Below are positions 9,067-17,510 of a DNA stretch of 33,188 bases, piece after piece. Position numbers and translations under genes: made by a program. This DNA is from Planctomycetota bacterium (GTDB lineage: Bacteria; Planctomycetota; UBA1135), in NCBI GenBank assembly GCA_045047305.1, contig JASFYO010000009.1:1-33188 (forward strand), written 5' to 3'. The first letter of the stretch is position 1, and each line of letters begins with the position of its first letter. Under the pieces are notes generated by a model. It ran no database searches and was not told where the DNA came from. It worked only from the letters and a program-made list of their open reading frames with translations.

Positions 9067-11562
9067 ATGATTCGCCGCCCTCTTCTTGTTATGGCACTGG
9101 CCCTGTTCGCAGGTTCCGCCACATCTTCCTTGCACGCCCAGACTTCCGACTCTGGCACCGCCACCACCACCAGTGCACAGGGGCAAGCCCAGCGTGTTGT
9201 CGTTCTTGGCATGGACGGCATGGATGCTGAAATGGCCCGTGATTGGATGGACGCCGGGGAGCTGCCTAACTTCCAACGCCTACGCGACGGAGGTACTTTT
9301 GCTCCGCTGATGCCGGCGAACCCCGCACAATCCCCTGTTTCTTGGGCGACCTTGAACACTGGAGTCAACCCTGGCAAGCACGGCATCTTCGACTTTGTGG
9401 GTATTAGTCGTAAGTATGGAAAACGGGAACCAGTGCGACTGAGTGCCGGTTTCCAAAAGGTCAAATACTTCACAGCTGAGGAGCTAGGGTTGACCCCGGC
9501 CCCTGGCGGCTCCAACTATATGTTGATGGGTGGTGGAGTGGTGTTGGGGCTGCTCTTGATGCTTGGTATTGGGCGTGTGAACAAGCCAGGTGGTTTGATT
9601 TTGGGCTTGGCCGTTGCTGGAGGAGCTGTGTTCTTCGGACAGGGTGAAGCTAGCGTGCTGCCAGCGACCTTCAAGGATTACGAAAGCTTGAACCACGCCA
9701 AAACTTATTGGGAATCCTTGGATGAAAATGGAATCCAATTTCGCGGTCAAGGCACGATTGTGGCTTACCCAACCCAAGAGCTTAAGAATGGAAAGCTGAT
9801 TGCCGGTCTCGGTGCCCCAGATGCAAAGGGCGGCTTGAACTCCAGCGCGATTTACACCACGGCTAAGGAGCGGAAGGGACGGCGTCGGAATTACGCTGCA
9901 CTTCCAGCAGCCGTAATCGAAGATGCGGAAGACTTTACCCTTTCGGCGGGCAAAGGTGCTGGTACGACCCGGGTATTTGAGTTCGTTAGCGAAGGCGGAC
10001 TTTTAAAGTCTTATCTTTATGGGCCAGCAAACTCCATTCTGAAGGCAAGCCTCCTTTCCGAACGGGAAAAGTTAATGGAAAGTGGCAGCGACCCAGTTCG
10101 CTTGAAGGAGGTCATCGCGTTGGTCGGTGATGGACATCGCAAGTATGGCAACGCAAGCTTGCTCAACACTTCGGTTCCTATCACGGCCAAATGGAATAAA
10201 GGTGAGTCGGTGGAGCTTTCAGTTGCTGGCGTAGCTCAAAACATTGCCCTCAACAAGTGGAGCGATTTTTACCAGGTGGAATTCCATTGGCACCCTTCTT
10301 ATAGCACTTGGGCTTTGGTTCGCTTTTGGGTGGAGGAGCGCGATGGAGAGCTTGAGGTTTTCGCTTCTCCGTTGCAGATTGACCCGCAAAATCCAACTCC
10401 AGGCAGTCGCATTTGCTGGCCAGCAAACTTCGCCGCCGACATCGAATCACGGATTGGGCGGTTTGAGACCCTTGGTTGGGCATGTCAGACCCACGCAGTC
10501 AAAGATGCAGAACTTTCCGACGACGCCTTTTTGGCCGACATCGAGTTTACTCTTGGTTGGCGTACCAAAATGTTGAAAGACGCGGTCGAGCAAGGTGATT
10601 GGAAAGTGTTGTTCCACTTTTTCGGAACCCCAGATCGCATCTGTCACATGCTGATGCGTCACATGGATCCACTCCACCCGCAGTACGATGAAGCCGAAGC
10701 CAACCGCATCGTGCATTACTTCGGCCAGGATTTTGCGCTAAAGGACAGTGCGCTCGTCATCTATAAGGAGATGGACAAGATCGTTGGCTATGTGCTCGAC
10801 GATGTCCTCAATGAGGAAGATGTCTTGATGATTGTCTCCGACCACGGCTTCGATAGTTTTCGTCGCCAGGTGGACCTGAACGCTTGGTTGGTGCAGGAAG
10901 GATTCATGTCGCTAGCGAATACTACAGCTCTTGGTATTCCGAAAACCGCATCGGACATGAGCAAGAGCACCTTGAAGTTCGTCGACTGGCGTGGCTCCAA
11001 GGCTTACTCGGTTGCGATTGGTAAGATTTACCTCAACATTAAGGGCCGTGAAGCCAAAGGCGTCGTAGCCCAAGAAGATGTGGATTCGGTTCTGGCCGAT
11101 ATCACCGAGCGCCTTTACGCCATGACCGATCCCGATTCTGGCGAGAAGGTGGTGAAGAAGGTTTACTTGCGCGATGAAATCTACAGTGGGCCTTATGTGC
11201 ATCGCTCGAAATCAGGTGACACCGAGGGCGCGGCTGAAATCACCATCGACTTCCATTCGGGTTACCGCGCTTCTTGGACTGTGACGGGCGGCGGCATCAC
11301 TTTGAAAGATGGCGTGAATGAAGACGGTGACACCATTGCGGTGGCTGGCGATTACATTTATGACAACGATTACGCTTGGTCTGGCGACCACTGTGGTGTT
11401 GACATCATGGAGGTTCAGGGCATCTTCTTTAGCAACAAACCACTCAGTCTGCCTTCCGGTGATACGTGGTACGACGCCACCCATCTGGCGCCAACCGTGT
11501 TGTCCTTGCAGGGCGTTGCGATCCCTGAAAATTACGATCGCGCCCCACTACATTTGAAGTAG
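9067..11562 (+). CDS. Exported alkaline-phosphatase-superfamily (NPP/COG3379-like) enzyme with internal hydrophobic hairpin
   Basis: Sec signal (...SSLHA|Q); VLGMDGMD, PAQSPVSWATLNTGVNPGKHGIFDF, PDRICH, VSDHGF, WSGDHC. Two hydrophobic segments at aa ~151-191. Confidence 0.85.
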   Translation: MIRRPLLVMALALFAGSATSSLHAQTSDSGTATTTSAQGQAQRVVVLGMDGMDAEMARDWMDAGELPNFQRLRDGGTFAPLMPANPAQSPVSWATLNTGVNPGKHGIFDFVGISRKYGKREPVRLSAGFQKVKYFTAEELGLTPAPGGSNYMLMGGGVVLGLLLMLGIGRVNKPGGLILGLAVAGGAVFFGQGEASVLPATFKDYESLNHAKTYWESLDENGIQFRGQGTIVAYPTQELKNGKLIAGLGAPDAKGGLNSSAIYTTAKERKGRRRNYAALPAAVIEDAEDFTLSAGKGAGTTRVFEFVSEGGLLKSYLYGPANSILKASLLSEREKLMESGSDPVRLKEVIALVGDGHRKYGNASLLNTSVPITAKWNKGESVELSVAGVAQNIALNKWSDFYQVEFHWHPSYSTWALVRFWVEERDGELEVFASPLQIDPQNPTPGSRICWPANFAADIESRIGRFETLGWACQTHAVKDAELSDDAFLADIEFTLGWRTKMLKDAVEQGDWKVLFHFFGTPDRICHMLMRHMDPLHPQYDEAEANRIVHYFGQDFALKDSALVIYKEMDKIVGYVLDDVLNEEDVLMIVSDHGFDSFRRQVDLNAWLVQEGFMSLANTTALGIPKTASDMSKSTLKFVDWRGSKAYSVAIGKIYLNIKGREAKGVVAQEDVDSVLADITERLYAMTDPDSGEKVVKKVYLRDEIYSGPYVHRSKSGDTEGAAEITIDFHSGYRASWTVTGGGITLKDGVNEDGDTIAVAGDYIYDNDYAWSGDHCGVDIMEVQGIFFSNKPLSLPSGDTWYDATHLAPTVLSLQGVAIPENYDRAPLHLK

Positions 11563-11600
11563 GGGACGCGATGTGGGTATGTCGGGGGCTGAGTTACGAC

Positions 11601-12104
11601 TCAGTCGCCGGCGTAGCCGAGGTCGCTGAGGTCAGCACCTGGGCCTTGGCTACGAATCGCTTCAAAGGCAGCAGCGGGCTTGCCGAGTTTTTCCTTGAGG
11701 TCTGGAAAGGTGGCCAGAGTGTAGGCCACAAGTTCATCGCCGACGTCGGCCATGGCAGAGATGGCTGCGGTATCGCAGAGTTTCAGCAGTGCATCGCCCG
11801 TGAGTTGATCTGAAAAGTCCGACTTGAGGCGCTCAAACGCGGCCATCGCACCGTTTTCGTCACCTTCCTTGAGGTAAAGGTTGACTAGCGATACCAGCGC
11901 ATCGCCCTGAAGCTTTGCATCGCCGTTTTCAGCAGCGTACTCATAGCCAGCTTGCGCGGTCTCCGGATTTCCAGAGGCGGCAGCGGCGTCGGCCTGGTCC
12001 ATAGCGGCAATCGGATCGGTGAAGGTAATCGATTCTTTGGAATCGCCGGAGCAGGCAGTTAAGCCAAGAATCAGGGCAAGGGGGAGGGTGTGAATGAGAC
12101 GCAT
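11601..12104 (-). CDS. Helical (TPR-like) lipoprotein with C-terminal LxxLGY tail
   Basis: Lipobox LTAC; Ala-rich helical body; ends GPGADLSDLGYAGD*. Confidence 0.75.
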   Translation of the reverse strand: MRLIHTLPLALILGLTACSGDSKESITFTDPIAAMDQADAAAASGNPETAQAGYEYAAENGDAKLQGDALVSLVNLYLKEGDENGAMAAFERLKSDFSDQLTGDALLKLCDTAAISAMADVGDELVAYTLATFPDLKEKLGKPAAAFEAIRSQGPGADLSDLGYAGD

Positions 12105-12307
12105 GATGTGTGTCGGGCCGGAGAGCTCCGGCGTGGAATCTTACTCTTTACGGCATGAAGAGGCTCTTTTAGTTTACTTTCTGCTCACAGATGCGGCCGA
12201 AAAACAGGGAATTGCCTATAGAAAGCGGCCAAACACTCCGATAAGGCTACGATTGGAGCCAAAAAGCACTCCTGTGAGGTATCTATTCGCACTCCAATCG
12301 GTTACCC

Positions 12308-12316
12308 TGCTATCCT
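12308..12316 (+). promoter_or_regulatory. Putative extended -10 (TGcTATCCT) for the RHH-sat operon
   Basis: TG-n-TAnnnT ending 18 nt before ATG 12335, in a divergent intergenic region. Confidence 0.4.
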
Positions 12317-12334
12317 TCTGATCCTCTTTGGACC

Positions 12335-12553
12335 ATGCAAAAAGAAACCCGCGTCACTGTTAAAATCCCGCGTCCGCTTTACCGGCGGATTCAGCAGGTG
12401 ATTGAGAATACCGGTTTCTCGTCTCCCACGGAATTCATCGTCTACGTCCTCCGCGACCTGATGAGCGAAGTGGAGTCTAAAGAAGAAAAGGAATTTAGCC
12501 CCGAAGAATTGCAGGCGATTACGCAGAAGTTGAAGAACCTCGGCTACCTGTAA
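12335..12553 (+). CDS. Ribbon-helix-helix (CopG-like) protein with C-terminal LxxLGY tail
   Basis: Beta-strand VTVKIP, then helices (LYRRIQQVI / GFSSPTEFIVYVLR), acidic linker, ends KLKNLGYL*. Confidence 0.8.
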   Translation: MQKETRVTVKIPRPLYRRIQQVIENTGFSSPTEFIVYVLRDLMSEVESKEEKEFSPEELQAITQKLKNLGYL

Positions 12554-12588
12554 ACCCTTTTAACCAAACCATTTAACCCTTCAGAATC

Positions 12589-13740
12589 ATGATTGCTCCG
12601 CACGGTGGAAAACTGATCAACCGCGTCGTCGAAGGTGGCGAGCGCGACTCCTTGCTCGCAAAGGCTGCATCTTTGCCAGTCCTCACCCTCAACTCCCGCG
12701 AAGCCAGCGATCTTGAAATGATCGCCATTGGCGCCATGAGCCCTTTGGAGGGTTTCATGGGTGAAGCCGATTACAACGGCGTCGTGGAAAACATGCACCT
12801 CGCATCCGGTACGGCATGGCCACTTCCTGTGGTTTTTGCTGCAAAAGATGGCGAAACCGCAGCTGCTGGTTCTGAGTACGCTCTGAAAGGCGAAGACGGA
12901 AGCATCTACGGCATCATTGCCGTCGACAGCGTCTACAGCCCAGACAAGAAGAACGAGCTAGAAAAGTGCTACCAGGGCGACGAAGAGCACCCAGCATGGG
13001 GCTACCTCGCATCCATTGGTGACACCTATGTAGGTGGTCAAATCACGGTGGCAAACCTGCCTGCTTACGAGAAGCACAATGAGTACCGCCTCACCCCAGT
13101 GCAGACCCGCGCTGCTTTTGAGGAGAAAGGTTGGGATAGCATCGTCGCTTTCCAAACTCGTAACCCAATCCACCGCGCTCACGAATACTTGACCAAAGTT
13201 GCGCTGGAGCAGACCGATGGCCTCCTGATTCACCCATTGGTAGGTGACACCAAGGCCGATGACATCCCTTCCGATGTCCGCATGAAGTGCTACCACGCAC
13301 TGCTGAACAAGTACTACCCACTCGATCGCACCATGCTCGGCGTTTACCCGCAGGCCATGCGTTACGGCGGCCCACGCGAGGCAATCCTGCACGCGCTTTG
13401 CCGTCAGAACTACGGTTGTACGCACATCATCATCGGTCGCGATCACGCTGGCGTCGGTTCGTACTACGGCACCTTCGATGCGCAACAGATTTTCGAGCAG
13501 TTTGCCGATGGAGAGATTCTCATCGAGACTCTTCTCTTTGAGCACGCGTTCTACTGTAAGTTGACCGGCGGCATGGCTTCGACCAAGTCCAGTCCAGCCA
13601 CCAACGACCAGAAAATCTTCCTTTCCGGCACCAAGGTCCGCGAAATGCTCGCAAACGGCGAACGTCCGCCAGCCGAGTTTACGCGTCTGGAAGTCGCCGA
13701 CATTCTGATCGCATCCTACGCCCAACCGGCGCAGGCTTAG
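12589..13740 (+). CDS. sat: Sulfate adenylyltransferase (ATP sulfurylase, Sat type)
   Basis: PHGGKL, SPLEGFM, FQTRNPIHRAHE, MRYGGPREA, IIGRDHAGVG, LSGTKVR. Confidence 0.97.
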   Translation: MIAPHGGKLINRVVEGGERDSLLAKAASLPVLTLNSREASDLEMIAIGAMSPLEGFMGEADYNGVVENMHLASGTAWPLPVVFAAKDGETAAAGSEYALKGEDGSIYGIIAVDSVYSPDKKNELEKCYQGDEEHPAWGYLASIGDTYVGGQITVANLPAYEKHNEYRLTPVQTRAAFEEKGWDSIVAFQTRNPIHRAHEYLTKVALEQTDGLLIHPLVGDTKADDIPSDVRMKCYHALLNKYYPLDRTMLGVYPQAMRYGGPREAILHALCRQNYGCTHIIIGRDHAGVGSYYGTFDAQQIFEQFADGEILIETLLFEHAFYCKLTGGMASTKSSPATNDQKIFLSGTKVREMLANGERPPAEFTRLEVADILIASYAQPAQA

Positions 13741-13770
13741 TTCCTAATAAACATCGCAAGCTAGAGATTC

Positions 13771-14682
13771 ATGTTTGGATTCGGTAAAAAACGCGAGAAC
13801 AACCATCTGTTCATCATCACCCTCGACTCGTGCCGCTTTGACTCGTTCATGGCGGCCGAGCCGGAGAACATCGCCAAGTTGTGCGGTGGTCTTAGCAATG
13901 TTGAGAAGCGTTATTCCTACGCTGGATGGACGGCTCCGTCGCACTACAACCTCCTGACCGGCCTGGTGCCGCACGTGAGTCCTACCGAGGTCTACGCTTC
14001 GGAGTACTACAAAGAGGATCTCTATAAGTTCAAGGATCGCCTGGGTGTGGAAGACGCTGGCTTTGAAGCCATGATTCCACACCTTTGGCTACCGGCGTAC
14101 ATGAAGAAGAAGGGCTACGAGACCCATGCATTGGTTTCGTTGCCGGTTCTGAACCCTGCAACCGGTATCAACCGCGACTTCGACACTTTCAAACTCATGC
14201 CAAAGCACAACGACATGTTGGCTATGTTGGATGACATGGAAGCGCACAAGAAGCGTGATTCTAAGGGTCTAAAGGGCAATACGCCGCAGTTCTACTTGAT
14301 GAACGTCGGTGAGACCCACTACCCATACGGCTTGCCCGATGAGGACAAGAACGATTTGCCGCACATCTCTGGTGTGAACGGCATCTTCAAGAAGCTGGAT
14401 AAGCAGATTGGTGAAGATGGTGTCCTGATCTCGGACCAAGAGTCCGGGGACTTCATGGATGCAGAACTCATCGAGAAGTGTCGCCAGCGTCAAATCAACA
14501 CGGTGAGGTACCTCGATCAAGAGGTCTTCCCACGGTTCTACGACCTGCTACCGAAAGATAGTTGGGTCATCGTCACCGCTGACCACGGTGAACTGTTCGG
14601 TGAAGGTGGCTATTTTGGCCACGGCCCGATCATGCACGAAAAGTGTTTCGAGGTTCCCTTCCTCGAAGGAAAACTCAAATAA
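13771..14682 (+). CDS. Cytoplasmic sulfatase-fold protein with Thr at the nucleophile position (no formylglycine motif)
   Basis: ITLDSCR, WTAPSH (in place of C/S-x-P-x-R), ETHYPY, TADHGELFGE, GHG, EVPF; no signal peptide. Confidence 0.8.
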   Translation: MFGFGKKRENNHLFIITLDSCRFDSFMAAEPENIAKLCGGLSNVEKRYSYAGWTAPSHYNLLTGLVPHVSPTEVYASEYYKEDLYKFKDRLGVEDAGFEAMIPHLWLPAYMKKKGYETHALVSLPVLNPATGINRDFDTFKLMPKHNDMLAMLDDMEAHKKRDSKGLKGNTPQFYLMNVGETHYPYGLPDEDKNDLPHISGVNGIFKKLDKQIGEDGVLISDQESGDFMDAELIEKCRQRQINTVRYLDQEVFPRFYDLLPKDSWVIVTADHGELFGEGGYFGHGPIMHEKCFEVPFLEGKLK

Positions 14683-14712
14683 TCATCTCCGTTTAACAAA
14701 AAGATTAGACCC

Positions 14713-15264
14713 ATGTCTGACCACAAAGGATTCGTACTCTGGTTCACCGGCCTCTCTGGCTCTGGTAAGTCCACTCTCTCCCGCATGATCGAAGGCGAGT
14801 TGCGTAAGCGCGACTGCAACGTCGAAGTGCTCGATGGCGATGAAGTTCGCGAGAACCTCAGCAAAGGCCTCGGTTTCTCCAAGGAGGACCGTGACACCAA
14901 CGTCCGTCGTATCGGCTATGTTGCCAAGCTTCTGAGCCGTAACGGCGCCATCTGCATCACTGCTGCCATCTCTCCGTATAAGGATGTGCGCGACCAATGC
15001 CGTGCGATGAATCGTCACTTCGTTGAGATTTACGCAGATTGCTCGATTGAGGAGCTCACCCGTCGTGACGTCAAAGGCCTCTACGCCAAGGCGCTTTCCG
15101 GCGAGATCAAGAACTTCACCGGCATCTCTGACCCTTACGAGGCTCCTGAGAACGCGGAAGTCACCATCAACTCCGAGACTCAGTCGGAAGAAGAGTCGCT
15201 CAAGGCCATCATGGATTACCTTGAGGGTCAGGGTTTTATCCCTGCAGTAGCAGCAAACGCATAG
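14713..15264 (+). CDS. cysC: Adenylyl-sulfate (APS) kinase
   Basis: WFTGLSGSGKST P-loop, LDGDEVR, LGFSKEDR, AISPY, RDVKGLY, FTGISDPYEAP. Confidence 0.97.
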   Translation: MSDHKGFVLWFTGLSGSGKSTLSRMIEGELRKRDCNVEVLDGDEVRENLSKGLGFSKEDRDTNVRRIGYVAKLLSRNGAICITAAISPYKDVRDQCRAMNRHFVEIYADCSIEELTRRDVKGLYAKALSGEIKNFTGISDPYEAPENAEVTINSETQSEEESLKAIMDYLEGQGFIPAVAANA

Positions 15265-15277
15265 ATTGTTTCCCTTG

Positions 15278-15314
15278 ACTGAGGGGAAAGGGAAAAAACC
15301 CCTTTCCCCTCAGT
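15278..15314 (+). terminator. Perfect 15-bp stem-loop after cysC (terminator or mRNA-stabilising hairpin)
   Basis: ACTGAGGGGAAAGGG-aaaaaac-CCCTTTCCCCTCAGT followed by TCTGTTTC. Confidence 0.75.
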
Positions 15315-15344
15315 TCTGTTTCACGCATAATTCGCCCCTTCGCC

Positions 15345-17510
15345 ATGAAGCGGTCCCGCAGATTCCTTCTCCCCCTCGCTGTCCTTTTCGCATGGCTCAG
15401 CGCCCCCGATCCCGCCTCGGCCTACATTGGCCCAGGAGCGGGTTTCGCATTTTTGTCAGGCGGCTTGGTCCTTATTGGATCGCTGTTCCTGGCGGTTGGC
15501 ATCTTGCTGATCTATCCACTGAAGATGGTCTACCGGATTGCCACTGGCGCCGGAAAGATTAAGGGCGAAACCAAACGCCTGGTCATCATTGGATTCGACG
15601 GCATGGACCCGCGCCTGGCGCAGCGGTTCATGGACGAAGGTCGCATGCCGAACATGAAGGCGCTTGCGGAGGAGGGAGGCTTCTCTCCATTGCAAACGGC
15701 GTATCCGTCTATGTCGCCGGTTGCATGGTCGTCGTTCTCCACTGGAGTCGATGCCTCGCGCCACAATATCTTTGATTTCATTACACGTGACCCGTGTACT
15801 TATATGCCGATTCTTTCCAGCACTGAGATCACTTCGGCAGAGAAAGCCTTGGTGAAGATTGGCAATCTGGAATTGTTCAAGCGTCCTAGCTCAAGCATCA
15901 GGTTGTTGCGCAAAGGTATTCCTTGGTGGAAGACTTTGGGCGATAAGAAGATTTTCTCCAACATCATCCGTGTGCCGATTACCTTCCCACCGGAAGAACA
16001 TCACGGCGTATTGTTGAGTGGCATGTGTGTTCCCGACTTGAAGGGAACTCAAGGCAGTTTCACTTTTTGGACTAGCGATGAAACCCTGACCGGTCCGGAT
16101 GCCGGCGGCGATGTCTTGCTGGTTGGAAAAAATGGCAACGCCTACCGCTGTCCGATTACCGGCCCGACCGATCCTTCGCAGGAACAGGCCACGCCGATGC
16201 GCGTACCGATGAAGGTCGAGGTCCTTGTGGAAGGCGAGAAGCTTCGCCTTAACATTGGGGCCAAGGGAGATGAGCAAATCGTTGACCTCGGAGTGAAGGA
16301 TTACTCGGATTGGATTACGCTCGAGTTTAAGGCGGCCAAAGGCAAAGCCAAGGTCACCGGAATCGCGCGTTTCTATTGCATGGGCACCAGCCCTGAGTTC
16401 GGCCTCTACATGACGCCGATTCAGATTGATCCATCCAATCCCGCGATGCCGATTTCGCATCCCACGGTTTACTCGATTTACCTGGCGAAGAAACATGGTC
16501 CATTTTCTACGCTTGGACTTGCCGAAGATACTTGGGCCTTGAACGAGCGCGTCATCGATGAGGAAGCGTTTTGGAAGCAAGCGCTGAACATCTGGGATGA
16601 GCGGCGTAAGCAGTTGTTCGATGCGCTGCAAAACACGCCGAAGGGCTCCATCGTCTGTGTCTTTGATGGCACGGACCGCGTGTCGCACATGTTCCATCGT
16701 TACTTGGATGAAAGTCACCCTGCAAACGCAGGCAAGGATACCGAGTGGGGCAAGGATAAGGTCGCCGAGATCTATTCCATCGCCGATGGCTTGGTTGCCG
16801 ATGTACGCAAAAAGCTAAATCCGAAGAAGGATCGCTTAATGATCATCTCGGACCATGGTTTCTGTCAGTTTAAGCGCGGGGTCAACCTCAACGCTTGGTT
16901 GCGCGACAATGGATACTTGGTGCTGAAATCCGATGCACCGGTCGATGACGCAAGTGGCAAGCAGACTTCACGTGATTGGCTGATGGATGTCGACTGGCAT
17001 AAGACCAAGGCTTTTGCACTTGGACTCACCGGCATGTTCATTAACCGCAAAGCGCGCGAGCGTGATGGCATTGTGAAAGAGGGCGCCGAGTTGGAAGCCT
17101 TGAAAGCAGAAATCGTAGAGAAGCTTTCCGCCCTGAAGGATCCAAAGGATGGCGAGTTGATCTTCAAGGAGGTATTCGACGCCGGCAAGATCTTTACTGG
17201 CCCATATGTCTTCCAGGCCCCAGACTTGTTTATGGGCTATAAGCGCGGTTACCGCAACTCGTGGGACTGTGCTACCGGTGCTTGCCCGCCGGAAGTATTT
17301 TCGGATAACACCAAGTCGTGGTCGGGTGACCACTGCATTGACCCGCGTGAGGTTCCAGGAGTCATTTTCTCGGATCGTCCGCTGAACACTGACACCCCAA
17401 ACCTGATGGACCTCGGTCCAACCGCGCTGCGCATGTTCGGAGTCGACGTGCCGAAATATATGCAGGGGCAACCTCTGTATGGCCCTCGCAACGAAGAGGT
17501 GAAGTCATGA
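15345..17510 (+). CDS. Membrane-anchored alkaline-phosphatase-superfamily (COG3379-like) enzyme; signal peptide + YIGPG + TM
   Basis: Signal ending ASA|YIGPGAG, then a TM helix and a basic stretch; IIGFDGMD, PSMSPVAWSSFSTG, TDRVSH, ISDHGF, WSGDHC. Confidence 0.85.
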   Translation: MKRSRRFLLPLAVLFAWLSAPDPASAYIGPGAGFAFLSGGLVLIGSLFLAVGILLIYPLKMVYRIATGAGKIKGETKRLVIIGFDGMDPRLAQRFMDEGRMPNMKALAEEGGFSPLQTAYPSMSPVAWSSFSTGVDASRHNIFDFITRDPCTYMPILSSTEITSAEKALVKIGNLELFKRPSSSIRLLRKGIPWWKTLGDKKIFSNIIRVPITFPPEEHHGVLLSGMCVPDLKGTQGSFTFWTSDETLTGPDAGGDVLLVGKNGNAYRCPITGPTDPSQEQATPMRVPMKVEVLVEGEKLRLNIGAKGDEQIVDLGVKDYSDWITLEFKAAKGKAKVTGIARFYCMGTSPEFGLYMTPIQIDPSNPAMPISHPTVYSIYLAKKHGPFSTLGLAEDTWALNERVIDEEAFWKQALNIWDERRKQLFDALQNTPKGSIVCVFDGTDRVSHMFHRYLDESHPANAGKDTEWGKDKVAEIYSIADGLVADVRKKLNPKKDRLMIISDHGFCQFKRGVNLNAWLRDNGYLVLKSDAPVDDASGKQTSRDWLMDVDWHKTKAFALGLTGMFINRKARERDGIVKEGAELEALKAEIVEKLSALKDPKDGELIFKEVFDAGKIFTGPYVFQAPDLFMGYKRGYRNSWDCATGACPPEVFSDNTKSWSGDHCIDPREVPGVIFSDRPLNTDTPNLMDLGPTALRMFGVDVPKYMQGQPLYGPRNEEVKS

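Noticed and set aside
12117..12132. Palindrome GCCGGAG-AG-CTCCGGC as an RHH operator
   Set aside because: A single short GC-rich inverted repeat. It is equally explained as a 5'-UTR hairpin of the lipoprotein gene (TAAGAT just upstream on the minus strand), so support is insufficient.
12958..13725. 255-aa antisense ORF, and similar ones at 15891-16718, 17675-18316, 23272-23940 and 27339-28154
   Set aside because: They are shadows of well-supported genes on the opposite strand and have no recognisable motifs.
13771..14682. Classical arylsulfatase for sulfate scavenging
   Set aside because: Lacks the C/S-x-P-x-R formylglycine motif and a signal peptide; no maturase gene nearby.
12589..15264. 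Assimilatory or dissimilatory sulfate reduction operon
   Set aside because: No cysH, cysIJ/sir or aprAB in the window. sat plus cysC stop at PAPS, and the neighbours are AP-fold enzymes.
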